From positions 1 through 39,132 of the forward strand of contig JAJZTG010000006.1 in NCBI GenBank assembly GCA_021849125.1: a DNA stretch of 39,132 nt. Reading direction: 5' to 3'. The translations under genes were made by a program, and so were the position numbers. Below the pieces are notes generated by a model. That model was not told the origin of the DNA and made no database searches. It saw only the letters and a list, made by a program, of their open reading frames with translations. This DNA comes from a bacterium (lineage in GTDB: Bacteria > Patescibacteriota > Minisyncoccia > Phycocordibacterales > Phycocordibacteraceae). Positions 16,631 through 25,141 of this stretch are shown in pieces (within the stretch, counting starts at the first letter, position 1; each line of letters starts with the position of its first letter).

Positions 16631-19309
16631 ATGCCTCCTTTTAACAATTTCACTACCAAAGCCAAGGAAGCCGTGCGTCATGCGCACGAGCTTGCCATAG
16701 AGCGTGGCCAGAACCACGTCTCGCCGCTCCACCTGCTTGCCGCGCTCGTCCTGCAGGAAGAATCCCTGGTATTTTCACTTCTCGACCGGATGGAGGTCGA
16801 CACGATCATGCTTGCCGACAATATCCTCGAGCACCTCGAAGCTCCAGAGACCTCCGCGACCCTTTCGCCGTCGTATCAGATCTACCTCACGCCAGAACTC
16901 GCACAGGCCTTGGAAGCCGCCGGCAAGATCGCTGCACGTCTGAATGATGCTTTCGTCGGGACCGAACACCTTTTCCTCGCGGTACTCGAACACCCTGGGC
17001 CCGCTTCCGACATCCTCGCGCGCTTCTCGATCAAGAAAGACTTGGCGCTTTCGATACTCAAGGAGATCAGGTCATCCAAGGACGCTGACGAAGGCGAGCC
17101 GCGCCGTTTCCGGGCGCTTGCGAAATATGCGCGCAATCTGACGAAGCTTGCTGCAGAAAACAAGCTCGATCCGGTCATCGGTCGCGATAGCGAGATCAAT
17201 CGCGTGATCCAGATCCTCGCGCGGCGCACGAAGAACAATCCGGTCCTGATCGGCGAAGCAGGTGTCGGTAAGACAGCGATCGCTGAAGGTTTGGCTGTGC
17301 GTATGGCCATGGGCGACGTACCCGACTCGCTCCGAGGCAAGGAACTTCTGTCGCTCGATCTCGGTCTTATGATCGCAGGAACGAAATACCGTGGCGAGTT
17401 CGAGGAGCGTATGAAGAACGTGATGAAGGAGGCCGAGCGCGCAGAAGGCAAGATCATCATCTTCATCGATGAGCTCCATACGCTCGTGGGTGCCGGCGGT
17501 GCGGAAGGCGCGATGGATGCATCAAACATGCTGAAACCTGCGCTCGCGCGCGGCGAGATCCGCGTGATCGGGGCAACGACCCTCAAGGAATATCAGAAGC
17601 ACATCGAGAAGGACGCTGCGCTTACGCGTCGTTTCCAGCCAGTGTATGTCCAGGAGCCTTCGGTCGAAGACGGTATCGCGATCTTGCGCGGCCTGCGCGA
17701 CAAATACGAGCTTTTCCATGGCGTACGTATCACTGACGGAGCGATCGTCGCTGCAGTCGAGCTGTCGAGCCGCTACATCAGCGACCGTTTTCTGCCGGAC
17801 AAGGCGATCGACCTTATCGACGAAGCTGCTTCTGGCCTCCGCATCGCGCTTGAGAACAAGCCGCCGCTCCTTGAGGAGACCGATCGCAAGATCCGTCGTC
17901 TTGAGATCGAGAAGCAGGCGCTTCAGAAAGATCTCGATAGCGAGCAGGCGAAGGAGATCAAGGAACGTATCAAGGGTATCGATAAGGAGATTGCCGATCT
18001 GCGCGAGAAGACGCAAGAGCTCGAACTCAAGTGGAAGAACGAGAAAGAGGTCCTGAACAGTATCCGTGCCGCAAAGACGGAGCTCGAGGAGCTTAAGGTC
18101 CAAGCAGACAACGCCGAAGCGGCTGCTGATCTCGGTACGGTCGCGGAGATCCGCTACGGGAAGATCCCGCATATCCAGAAAGACCTCGAGACGAAGCTCA
18201 AGCGCTTGAAGACTCTTCAGAAATCGCGTCGCGTCTTGAACGAAGAAGTGACCGAGCAGGAAATCGCTGCTGTCGTCTCGCGCTGGACCGGCGTGCCCGT
18301 AGCGAAGATGCTTGAAGAAGAGGCGGCCAAGCTCTCGCGCATGGAAGAGGCCCTGAAAGGGAGCATCATCGGCCAGGATGCTGCCGTGAAAAAGGTGACG
18401 GACGCCGTGAAGCGCTCACGCGTGGGTATCAGCGACCCGAATCGTCCGATCGGCTCGTTCCTCTTCCTCGGGCCGACCGGTGTCGGTAAGACCGAGCTTT
18501 CGAAGAAGCTCGCCGAGTTCATGTTCAACGATCCGGACGCATTGGTGCGTGTCGACATGTCAGAGTTCATGGAGAAGCATTCGGTGGCGAAACTCATCGG
18601 CGCGCCTCCGGGCTACGTGGGGTACGAGGAGGCCGGTTCGCTTACCGAAAAGATCCGTCATCGCCCGTACGCCGTAGTGCTCTTCGACGAAGTCGAGAAG
18701 GCTCACCCGGAGGTTTTCAATATCCTCCTGCAGGTCCTTGATTCGGGACACCTGACCGACGGCAAGGGCCGCAAGGTCAATTTCAAGAACACGATCATCG
18801 TGCTCACGTCCAACATCGGCGGCGAGTTCATCGACAAGCTCGCGCACATGGGCTTCGGCACGGTGAACGCGACGGAAGCGACCCGCTTCGAGGAGACGAA
18901 GGAGAAGGTCATGGGCGCTCTGCGTGAGCACTTCCGTCCGGAGTTCTTGAACCGCCTTGATGACATCATCATCTTTGATCCGCTTGCCAAGGAAGCGCTC
19001 GCACAGATCGTAGATGTGCAAGTGGAGGAGGTCGTGAAGCGTCTGGCACAAAAGCGCATCGTCCTCAATATCGCGCCTGAAGTGCACGCCTGGCTCGCCG
19101 AGAAGGGCTACAGTCCGGAGTATGGCGCCCGTCCGCTTCGCCGTGCGATTCAGGATGCGATTCTGACCCCGCTCGCCTCGCTCATGATTGGCCAGGGTCT
19201 CATGGAGGGCGGTACCGCCACCGTCTCGATCAGGGCGGGTGAACCGCATTTCGAGATCAAGAAGGCCCCCGTCCGCACCCGCCGCCCGAAGGCAGCTGCG
19301 GTTGCTTAA
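16631..19309 (+). CDS. clpB: ClpB disaggregase
   Basis: Clp N repeats, [16 protein letters not shown], long M-domain (AEIRYG), [25 protein letters not shown]. Confidence 0.93.
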   Translation: MPPFNNFTTKAKEAVRHAHELAIERGQNHVSPLHLLAALVLQEESLVFSLLDRMEVDTIMLADNILEHLEAPETSATLSPSYQIYLTPELAQALEAAGKIAARLNDAFVGTEHLFLAVLEHPGPASDILARFSIKKDLALSILKEIRSSKDADEGEPRRFRALAKYARNLTKLAAENKLDPVIGRDSEINRVIQILARRTKNNPVLIGEAGVGKTAIAEGLAVRMAMGDVPDSLRGKELLSLDLGLMIAGTKYRGEFEERMKNVMKEAERAEGKIIIFIDELHTLVGAGGAEGAMDASNMLKPALARGEIRVIGATTLKEYQKHIEKDAALTRRFQPVYVQEPSVEDGIAILRGLRDKYELFHGVRITDGAIVAAVELSSRYISDRFLPDKAIDLIDEAASGLRIALENKPPLLEETDRKIRRLEIEKQALQKDLDSEQAKEIKERIKGIDKEIADLREKTQELELKWKNEKEVLNSIRAAKTELEELKVQADNAEAAADLGTVAEIRYGKIPHIQKDLETKLKRLKTLQKSRRVLNEEVTEQEIAAVVSRWTGVPVAKMLEEEAAKLSRMEEALKGSIIGQDAAVKKVTDAVKRSRVGISDPNRPIGSFLFLGPTGVGKTELSKKLAEFMFNDPDALVRVDMSEFMEKHSVAKLIGAPPGYVGYEEAGSLTEKIRHRPYAVVLFDEVEKAHPEVFNILLQVLDSGHLTDGKGRKVNFKNTIIVLTSNIGGEFIDKLAHMGFGTVNATEATRFEETKEKVMGALREHFRPEFLNRLDDIIIFDPLAKEALAQIVDVQVEEVVKRLAQKRIVLNIAPEVHAWLAEKGYSPEYGARPLRRAIQDAILTPLASLMIGQGLMEGGTATVSIRAGEPHFEIKKAPVRTRRPKAAAVA

Positions 19310-19339
19310 GAACGGCCGGTCTGCTATAGTTTCCGCACT

Positions 19340-19495
19340 ATGTCACAGATTCGCCTTATCAAGCTCAAGTCGACGAAGTCGCCGCACGTCATCTGGACGC
19401 GCAAGAACAAGAAGACGACTGAGCGCAAGATCGAGCTCACCAAGTTTGATCCGACTATCCGCGCGCGCGTCACCTTCAAGGAGGCGAAGAAATAA
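19340..19495 (+). CDS. rpmG: 50S ribosomal protein L33, Zn-free type (not in ORF track)
   Basis: MSQIRLIKLKSTKSPHVIWTRKNKKTTERKIELTKFDPTIRARVTFKEAKK. Confidence 0.93.
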   Translation: MSQIRLIKLKSTKSPHVIWTRKNKKTTERKIELTKFDPTIRARVTFKEAKK

Positions 19496-19497
19496 GC

Positions 19498-19540
19498 AAA
19501 ATATAAAACGCGGACCATTTTGGGTCCGCGTTTTATATTT
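19498..19540. terminator. bidirectional terminator
   Basis: aaatataaaacgcggacc / ggtccgcgttttatattt. Confidence 0.85.
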
Positions 19541-19573
19541 TATCCGCAGGTACACAGGCTGATTTTATCTTCG

Positions 19574-20752
19574 CTACGAGCGCGTCAATCTACGCTCTGA
19601 GAGCGATACAGAAAACATGAGGAGAATGAGGCCGCTGATTACAACAATTCCCGCACAAAGAAACGCGAAAGAAGGGCTGAATGCTTGCCAGAGCCAGCCG
19701 CCGCCGATGCCGGCAAGGAGCGCGCCGAACCCGGTGACCGCCTGAAGCCAGCCGAGTCCTTTCCCGCGGACTTCTGCCGCAGAGAGTTGGGAGGCGTACG
19801 AGCGTTGTACGCCGTCAGTCAGTGCCGGAAAGAGACCGAGCGTGAGGAAGCCGAAAGCAAGCGACCATGCACCACCGGCAAGGGCGATCACTGCGTAGCC
19901 CACGAGCAAGAAGACATACCCGATGATGATGACGATCGGTGCGCCGAAACGATCGCTCGCGCGTCCGGCCGGAAGCGAGAAGACGGCATAGGAGAGGTTG
20001 TAGGCCATATAGAAGAGCGGGATATTGGCGATGAGGAGGCCGAGCGATTCCGTCTGGAGCAGCATGACCGCGATCGGAAGCGAGCCTACCGAAAGGACGA
20101 AAAGCGAGAGGAGGTAGAGCTTGAAACGGCGTGAGAGGGCACCGCTTCCGGTCGTTGCAGTCTTCAATTGCGTCGTCACGACATCACGGATGAAGAAAAG
20201 CGTCGCGATAGAAAGAAGGCCGACGACGAAGGCGGTCAGGAAGACCTTATCGAAATCAAGCGGGAAGGCGCGAAGGATGAGATAGGCGACCAGCGGCCCC
20301 AATATCGCCCCTATCGTATCCATAGCGCGGTGGTAACCGAAGGAACGTCCGAGAGTATCTTCCGACGCGGAGAAGGAGATAAGCGCGTCTCGTGCTGGGT
20401 CGCGCAGCCCCTTGCCCACACGGTCGAGGAAACGCAAACCGAGCGTCCCAGAAACCGTGGAGACGAGGACATAGAACGGACGCGTCGCGACGGAAAGGGC
20501 GTATCCCGTGATGATGAACGGCTTACGGCTCCTGATCTTGTCAGAAAGCCGGCCTGAGTAGACCTTGAATGCGTTTGCGGTCGCTTCGGCAATGCCGTCG
20601 ACGAGACCGAGCGAGGCTGCACCGGCGCCGAGGATGGAAGTGAAGAATGCAGGGAAGGCCGCAAAGACCATCTCGGAAGAGAAGTCATTGAAGAGGCTCG
20701 TGAGGCCGAGGATGAAGACGTTTTTCGGCAGGCCGAAGATACGCTCGAGCAT
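19574..20752 (-). CDS. MFS transporter
   Basis: About 12 TMs, GRLSDKIRSRK and GRASDRFG motif A, RFLDRVGKGLR. Confidence 0.92.
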   Translation of the reverse strand: MLERIFGLPKNVFILGLTSLFNDFSSEMVFAAFPAFFTSILGAGAASLGLVDGIAEATANAFKVYSGRLSDKIRSRKPFIITGYALSVATRPFYVLVSTVSGTLGLRFLDRVGKGLRDPARDALISFSASEDTLGRSFGYHRAMDTIGAILGPLVAYLILRAFPLDFDKVFLTAFVVGLLSIATLFFIRDVVTTQLKTATTGSGALSRRFKLYLLSLFVLSVGSLPIAVMLLQTESLGLLIANIPLFYMAYNLSYAVFSLPAGRASDRFGAPIVIIIGYVFLLVGYAVIALAGGAWSLAFGFLTLGLFPALTDGVQRSYASQLSAAEVRGKGLGWLQAVTGFGALLAGIGGGWLWQAFSPSFAFLCAGIVVISGLILLMFSVSLSERRLTRS

Positions 20753-20777
20753 GAGTAGATGATAGCAGAGTACTGAT

Positions 20778-21016
20778 CACCAGGATCGCGAGTACGCGTA
20801 TCGATCCTTAGAGGATCAACTCTCAAGGTTTTCGATTCCTGGTCGCGAAGTCTCCCAGACTTCGCTTGGGTCCGCCTGTGGTCACAGATAATTCAGTTGC
20901 CGTCGCAACTGAATTTCCGCGATCCCGGCTCGCGGTTTTGTCTGCTGACAAAACATCGCTGCGCCTCCCGCAAATGAGAAAAGACTGGAGCAGTCCAGTC
21001 TTTTCTCATTTGCGGG
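20778..21016 (-). mobile_element. tRNA-Trp 3'-linked structured element (two modules)
   Basis: 23-bp hairpin including the tRNA 3' end, antisense T-arm copy at 20831-43, direct tRNA fragment at 20778-85. Confidence 0.6.
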
Positions 21017-21083
21017 CCCACCAGGAATCGAACCTGGACTAGCGGTTTTGGAGACCGCTGTTCTACCACTAAACTATGGACCC
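21013..21083 (-). tRNA. tRNA-Trp(CCA)
   Basis: GGGTCCA..GCGGT CT CCA AA ACCGC..CCAGGTTCGATTCCTGG TGGGCCCG. Confidence 0.95.
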
Positions 21084-21186
21084 GAAGTGAGGCGGAACGA
21101 AGTAATGCCTCGCAGTACTCACGATACCAGAAAGCAGGGTGGGGGAAAAGCACGCACCGAAGCTTTCTGCACGGTATGATACGAGT

Positions 21187-22173
21187 ATGCGTTCCCGCGC
21201 CACTTTTCTCGCACTCTTCATCATCATAGGGTCATTCGCATTACCGCACCTCGCGCATGCGGGCGGCATCCCTTTCTTCGGCCCCATCATCCCCAAGGAT
21301 TACAGTATCTGCCCAGCAGGATGGGGACTGCTCATCACGGTTGTGAACAACATCATCAGTCTGCTCCTTACTCTGATGATCACCTTTGTCGCGCCGCTCA
21401 TGATCGCGTACGCAGGTTTCTTGCTCGTCGTAAATCGAGGGGACTCGGGGGCTATCAGCAAAGCAAGAGGGATATTTACAAACATCGTCGTTGGTCTTGT
21501 CGTGTCTTTTTCGGCATGGATGATCGTCGATTGGATCATGGCAGCGCTCTATAGCCCTTCGGACGTCGGAGGTACCTGGTCGAGTCTCATTTCCGGAGGA
21601 GGCGATGCCTGTCTCCCGCAGAAAGGCGCACTTCCGGGCGAAGGGTTAACCTCGGCAGGGTCCACAGGCGTAGCGACAAGTCCTGGTACAGGCGCATGTG
21701 CAGTAACGCCGCTCACGCCGCTTGCTACCGCTCTCGCCCAGAGAATGGAATCAGGACAGACGATCATTTGGGATAACACCGATTCACGATTGAAGCCTTG
21801 TGTCGACAAGTTCATCGGCCAGGTCGGAGGGACGGTCACTTCTGCATACCGCCCAGCGGAATACCAGTCACATTTGCGGGAAATATACGATAAGTGGTGC
21901 GGACAAGGGTTGAAAACAAATACTCAAGTTGCGTGTACCAGCATAAAAAGCGCGATCTCGACGGAGGTAGGCAAACATTTCGGTTCTAGTTGGAGTTGCG
22001 GTTCCGTCGGCCAGACATCCCAGCACTCTTCAGGTACGGCAGTCGACATAAGCGGTATCAATCACAGTAGCGCGGCAGTGCAGCAAGCCGCTGCCTCGTC
22101 TTGTCTCACCTGGCGGAATTATCCGGGCGATCCCTACCACTACGACCTCAAGTCTTCTTGTTCCTGCCGATAA
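21187..22173 (+). CDS. VirB2-like pilin fused to a C-terminal M15-type Zn peptidase domain
   Basis: YAGFLLV..KARGIFTNIVVG pilin core; TSAYRP, SQHSSGTAVD, DPYH. Confidence 0.75.
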   Translation: MRSRATFLALFIIIGSFALPHLAHAGGIPFFGPIIPKDYSICPAGWGLLITVVNNIISLLLTLMITFVAPLMIAYAGFLLVVNRGDSGAISKARGIFTNIVVGLVVSFSAWMIVDWIMAALYSPSDVGGTWSSLISGGGDACLPQKGALPGEGLTSAGSTGVATSPGTGACAVTPLTPLATALAQRMESGQTIIWDNTDSRLKPCVDKFIGQVGGTVTSAYRPAEYQSHLREIYDKWCGQGLKTNTQVACTSIKSAISTEVGKHFGSSWSCGSVGQTSQHSSGTAVDISGINHSSAAVQQAAASSCLTWRNYPGDPYHYDLKSSCSCR

Positions 22174-22184
22174 CTTAAAGGAGC

Positions 22185-23000
22185 TTAACGTCCTAGTTTC
22201 CGAAGCCACGCGCGTTGGCGGCGCGCGTACTGCCAGAGTTTTGCTGAAAGCGCGGGGAGAAGCGATGTCTCGGTGCGCTCGCCACGCAGGTACTCTCCGA
22301 CGAGACGATACTCGAGTCCGAGCTCGTTCAGGCGAGCGTCGCCCACGTCTCTACGAACACGGCGCACTTCTTCTACAAGCCGGCGATCGAGCGCTTGCTC
22401 GAGTCGTGTGTCGATGCGTTCGCGGAGCTCTTCGCGCGGGGGATTGATGATGATCCACTCTGCGTCGTAAGCAGGTACGAGTTTTCGTGAAGGCACTTTG
22501 CCGTGTGCCTCGATGATCTCAAGGGCGCGTATGAGGCGACGGCGGTTGTGCGGATCGAGCGCGGCCGCGCGGTCAGGATCAGCTGCATTGATGCGTGCGA
22601 CGAGCTCTTCATTAGAAAGCTTTTCGAGCTCCCCGCGTAGCGTGAGATCCGGGTTTGTCTCTTCCGGAAGGCCATACAGGAGCGCATCGAAATAGAAATG
22701 CGTGCCACCGGCGAGGATGGGGAGTTTGCCACGTGCGCTGATCTCTCTGATGAGTTCGGTCGCGTCTTTGACGAAATCGCCCGCAGAGTATGCATCTCTC
22801 GGGTCTCGGATGTCGATCAGATGATGAGGGACACTGCGCATCTCTTCCCGAGTGATCTTTTCAGTGCCGATATCAAGACCGCGATAGACTTGCCGCGAAT
22901 CGACGGAAATCACTTCGCCGCCGCGCGTGAGCGCTTCCTCGACCGCACGCGCGGATTTTCCTGAAGCAGTGGGCCCTGCGATGCAGAGAATTTGTGCCAT
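22185..23000 (-). CDS. miaA: tRNA dimethylallyltransferase
   Basis: GPTASGKS, ISVDSRQVYRGLDIGTEK, PHHLIDI, YARRQRAW. Confidence 0.96.
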   Translation of the reverse strand: MAQILCIAGPTASGKSARAVEEALTRGGEVISVDSRQVYRGLDIGTEKITREEMRSVPHHLIDIRDPRDAYSAGDFVKDATELIREISARGKLPILAGGTHFYFDALLYGLPEETNPDLTLRGELEKLSNEELVARINAADPDRAAALDPHNRRRLIRALEIIEAHGKVPSRKLVPAYDAEWIIINPPREELRERIDTRLEQALDRRLVEEVRRVRRDVGDARLNELGLEYRLVGEYLRGERTETSLLPALSAKLWQYARRQRAWLRKLGR

Positions 23001-23047
23001 GACTCGATGCGATGGTATCATACCCGGTACCTAACCAGAATACGCCT

Positions 23048-23707
23048 ATGAAAGAAATGAAAAGCAATTATTGTGAACACTGCGGGGAATTTCACGACTC
23101 TGTCCGCGATTTCGTCACACAGGTGAAGGTCGGTGAGACCGTCCCGGATTTCGAATTCGAGGTCTATCACAATGATGAGATCAAGACCATGAGCTTCTCG
23201 CAGCTCCGCGGCAAGTGGACGATCGTCGTCTTCTATCCGGCTGACTTCACGTTCGTCTGTCCGACCGAGCTTGAAGAGCTTGCAAAGCTCTACCCGAAGT
23301 TCCAGGAGCTCAATGCCGAGATCATCTCAGTCTCTTCGGATACGGTCTTCACGCATAAGGCGTGGCACGACACTTCGGAGGGCATCAAGGCGATCAAGTA
23401 CCCGATGGCCGCTGACCCTTCGGGCAAGATGGCGTACGCATTCGGCGTCCTTATCGAGGGCGGAGAAGCGCAGCTCACTCCGGATGAGGGTCTCGCGATG
23501 CGCGGTACCTTCATCATCGATCCGTCCGGCACGCTCCGCGCGATGGAGGTGAATGACAACTCGATGGGTCGCAAGGCCGCTGAGACGATGCGTAAGCTCC
23601 AGGCAGCGCAGTACGTCGAGACGCACAAGGGCAATGTCTGTCCGGCCTCCTGGGAGCCAGGCGATGACACGCTTGAGCCGGGTCTCGACCTGGTCGGCAA
23701 GCTCTAA
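23048..23707 (+). CDS. ahpC: 2-Cys peroxiredoxin AhpC with N-terminal CxxC extension
   Basis: FYPADFTFVCPTE, RGTFIIDP, VCPASW; start 23048 or 23057. Confidence 0.92.
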   Translation: MKEMKSNYCEHCGEFHDSVRDFVTQVKVGETVPDFEFEVYHNDEIKTMSFSQLRGKWTIVVFYPADFTFVCPTELEELAKLYPKFQELNAEIISVSSDTVFTHKAWHDTSEGIKAIKYPMAADPSGKMAYAFGVLIEGGEAQLTPDEGLAMRGTFIIDPSGTLRAMEVNDNSMGRKAAETMRKLQAAQYVETHKGNVCPASWEPGDDTLEPGLDLVGKL

Positions 23708-23723
23708 TCCCGCAGGGAAAACA

Positions 23724-23751
23724 AAAGCCCCGCTCTGTAAAGCGGGGCTTT
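23724..23751. terminator. bidirectional terminator
   Basis: aaagccccgct-ctgtaa-agcggggcttt. Confidence 0.85.
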
Positions 23752-23754
23752 GCC

Positions 23755-24222
23755 TTATCTCATGATGAGCGAGCAGCCGAACTTTTCTTGTTCGAGAAGC
23801 AGGCAGGCATGATAAGGGACGTTTGCTTGAAGATCTACCTCTTGTTGAGGCGGGGGAGGGAAAGGTTCGCCGGTAGAACAGCATTCCTCTCGCTCCATGT
23901 TACGCCTCGTGGTGTCGGAATTGTTGTAGAAAGAAAGCACGGGCTGTACGAGCAGTTGAGAGAAAATCCTGTACTCTTCATACGTAAGCGGAACTACGCC
24001 TGAATTTTTCTTGACCGTTATAGCGATGTTTTCCCGTTCCTTTTCCTCGCATCTGAGGTATTGGCCGGGATTTCTCACCACCGTCGGGACATTCGGATTG
24101 AACACTATCTTGTACTCAAAGCTAGTGTCCGCGATGGTAATCTGGCCCTCGTAATCAACATCTTCAACGACTTGCTGGATCGAAAGACGTAATTCCACGA
24201 AAAAACCTTTTAACGTGTTCAT
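23755..24222 (-). CDS. hypothetical protein
   Basis: GGAGG before ATG 24222; TTGACA-N17-TACCGT upstream; low GC. Confidence 0.6.
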   Translation of the reverse strand: MNTLKGFFVELRLSIQQVVEDVDYEGQITIADTSFEYKIVFNPNVPTVVRNPGQYLRCEEKERENIAITVKKNSGVVPLTYEEYRIFSQLLVQPVLSFYNNSDTTRRNMEREECCSTGEPFPPPPQQEVDLQANVPYHACLLLEQEKFGCSLIMR

Positions 24223-24337
24223 GTCAGACCTCCAATCTGAATAACCTACACGCAAAGAAACGAGCATTTCTGGTATGCACGGTAACCCCATGGTAAACAG
24301 GTGTCAATTGGAGAGTTGCCGAAACTGAAATAGTGAA

Positions 24338-24361
24338 GGCGGAACCATAATGGTTCCGCCT
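24338..24361. terminator. hairpin/terminator
   Basis: aggcggaacca-taa-tggttccgcct. Confidence 0.6.
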
Positions 24362-24591
24362 AGAGGATCAATCGGGCCCTTTTCCGGCCTCTGCGTCGTA
24401 GACGCCAAGGACTTGATCCAACGGGGTGCCGAAACGTCCCCTATCCTTGTGCCGGGTGGTATGCCCGGCCATTACTTCGTCGACGCGTATGCATCGTTGT
24501 CTCCTCTCTCGTTGTGGAGAATCTAAAAAGAGTATTGCGTATATATAGGTATTTGTCAATACTTCGCAGATTCGTTTTTGTACCAAAGCTT

Positions 24592-24782
24592 GGTCACGAG
24601 TCGCTAACCGTTTTGCTCCAGGCATTCGCAAAACGCTAAGCGCTCTCGACCCCGGCTCGCTATCCTCGCAGAGCCTCGGACATAGCTGCGCCTTTCAAGT
24701 CCCTCACGCATGACGCGCAGGCGTCATGCTTCCCGGCACAAACGAAAACAGCCCCCTGCGGGCTGCTTCATTTGTGCCAGGA
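24592..24782 (-). mobile_element. tRNA-Leu 3'-linked structured element
   Basis: Trailer pairs with the acceptor 3' strand; antisense T-arm GAGGGACTTGAA (24694-705); motifs shared with the Trp element. Confidence 0.6.
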
Positions 24783-25042
24783 GAGGGACTTGAACCCTCA
24801 CGCCTTTCGACAATTGGTTTTGAATCAATCGCGCCCCGATACTGAAAACGCTGTGCTGGAGGAGGGACTTGAACCCTCACGCCTTTCGACAATTGGTTTT
24901 GAATCAATCGCGTCTACCATTCCGCCACTCCAGCGTTTCAGTACGGGGTGCATCTACCATTTTACCCCGTACCAAACCGAGCGTGCGTCCTCTATCCATC
25001 TACCGTGCGATTACGGTTTTGGTATGGGGCCGACATCCCGGC
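24775..25042 (-). pseudogene. outer tRNA-Leu(CAA) split by two palindromic insertions
   Basis: GCCGGGA (25042-36) pairs with TCCTGGC-A (24782-75); D-loop piece 24949-64; anticodon/V/T arms 24783-833; extended -10 10 nt upstream. Confidence 0.7.
24854..24934 (-). tRNA. tRNA-Leu(CAA), intact nested copy
   Basis: GCTGGAG TG GCGGAATGGTAGACGC G ATTGA TT CAA AA CCAAT..GAGGGTTCAAGTCCCTC CTCCAGCA. Confidence 0.92.
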
Positions 25043-25141
25043 TATGTGTTGAAGGGTAGCATATGCTAAAATCTTTTTCATGAGCCCCGTTAGAAAATTT
25101 CTCACGAACAGTCTATTGCTCTCGAAATCTTTCTGCACGAT

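Noticed and set aside
24783-24912. attL/attR of a prophage or genomic island
   Set aside because: Copies are 79 bp apart, differ at the 3' acceptor strand and no integrase is present
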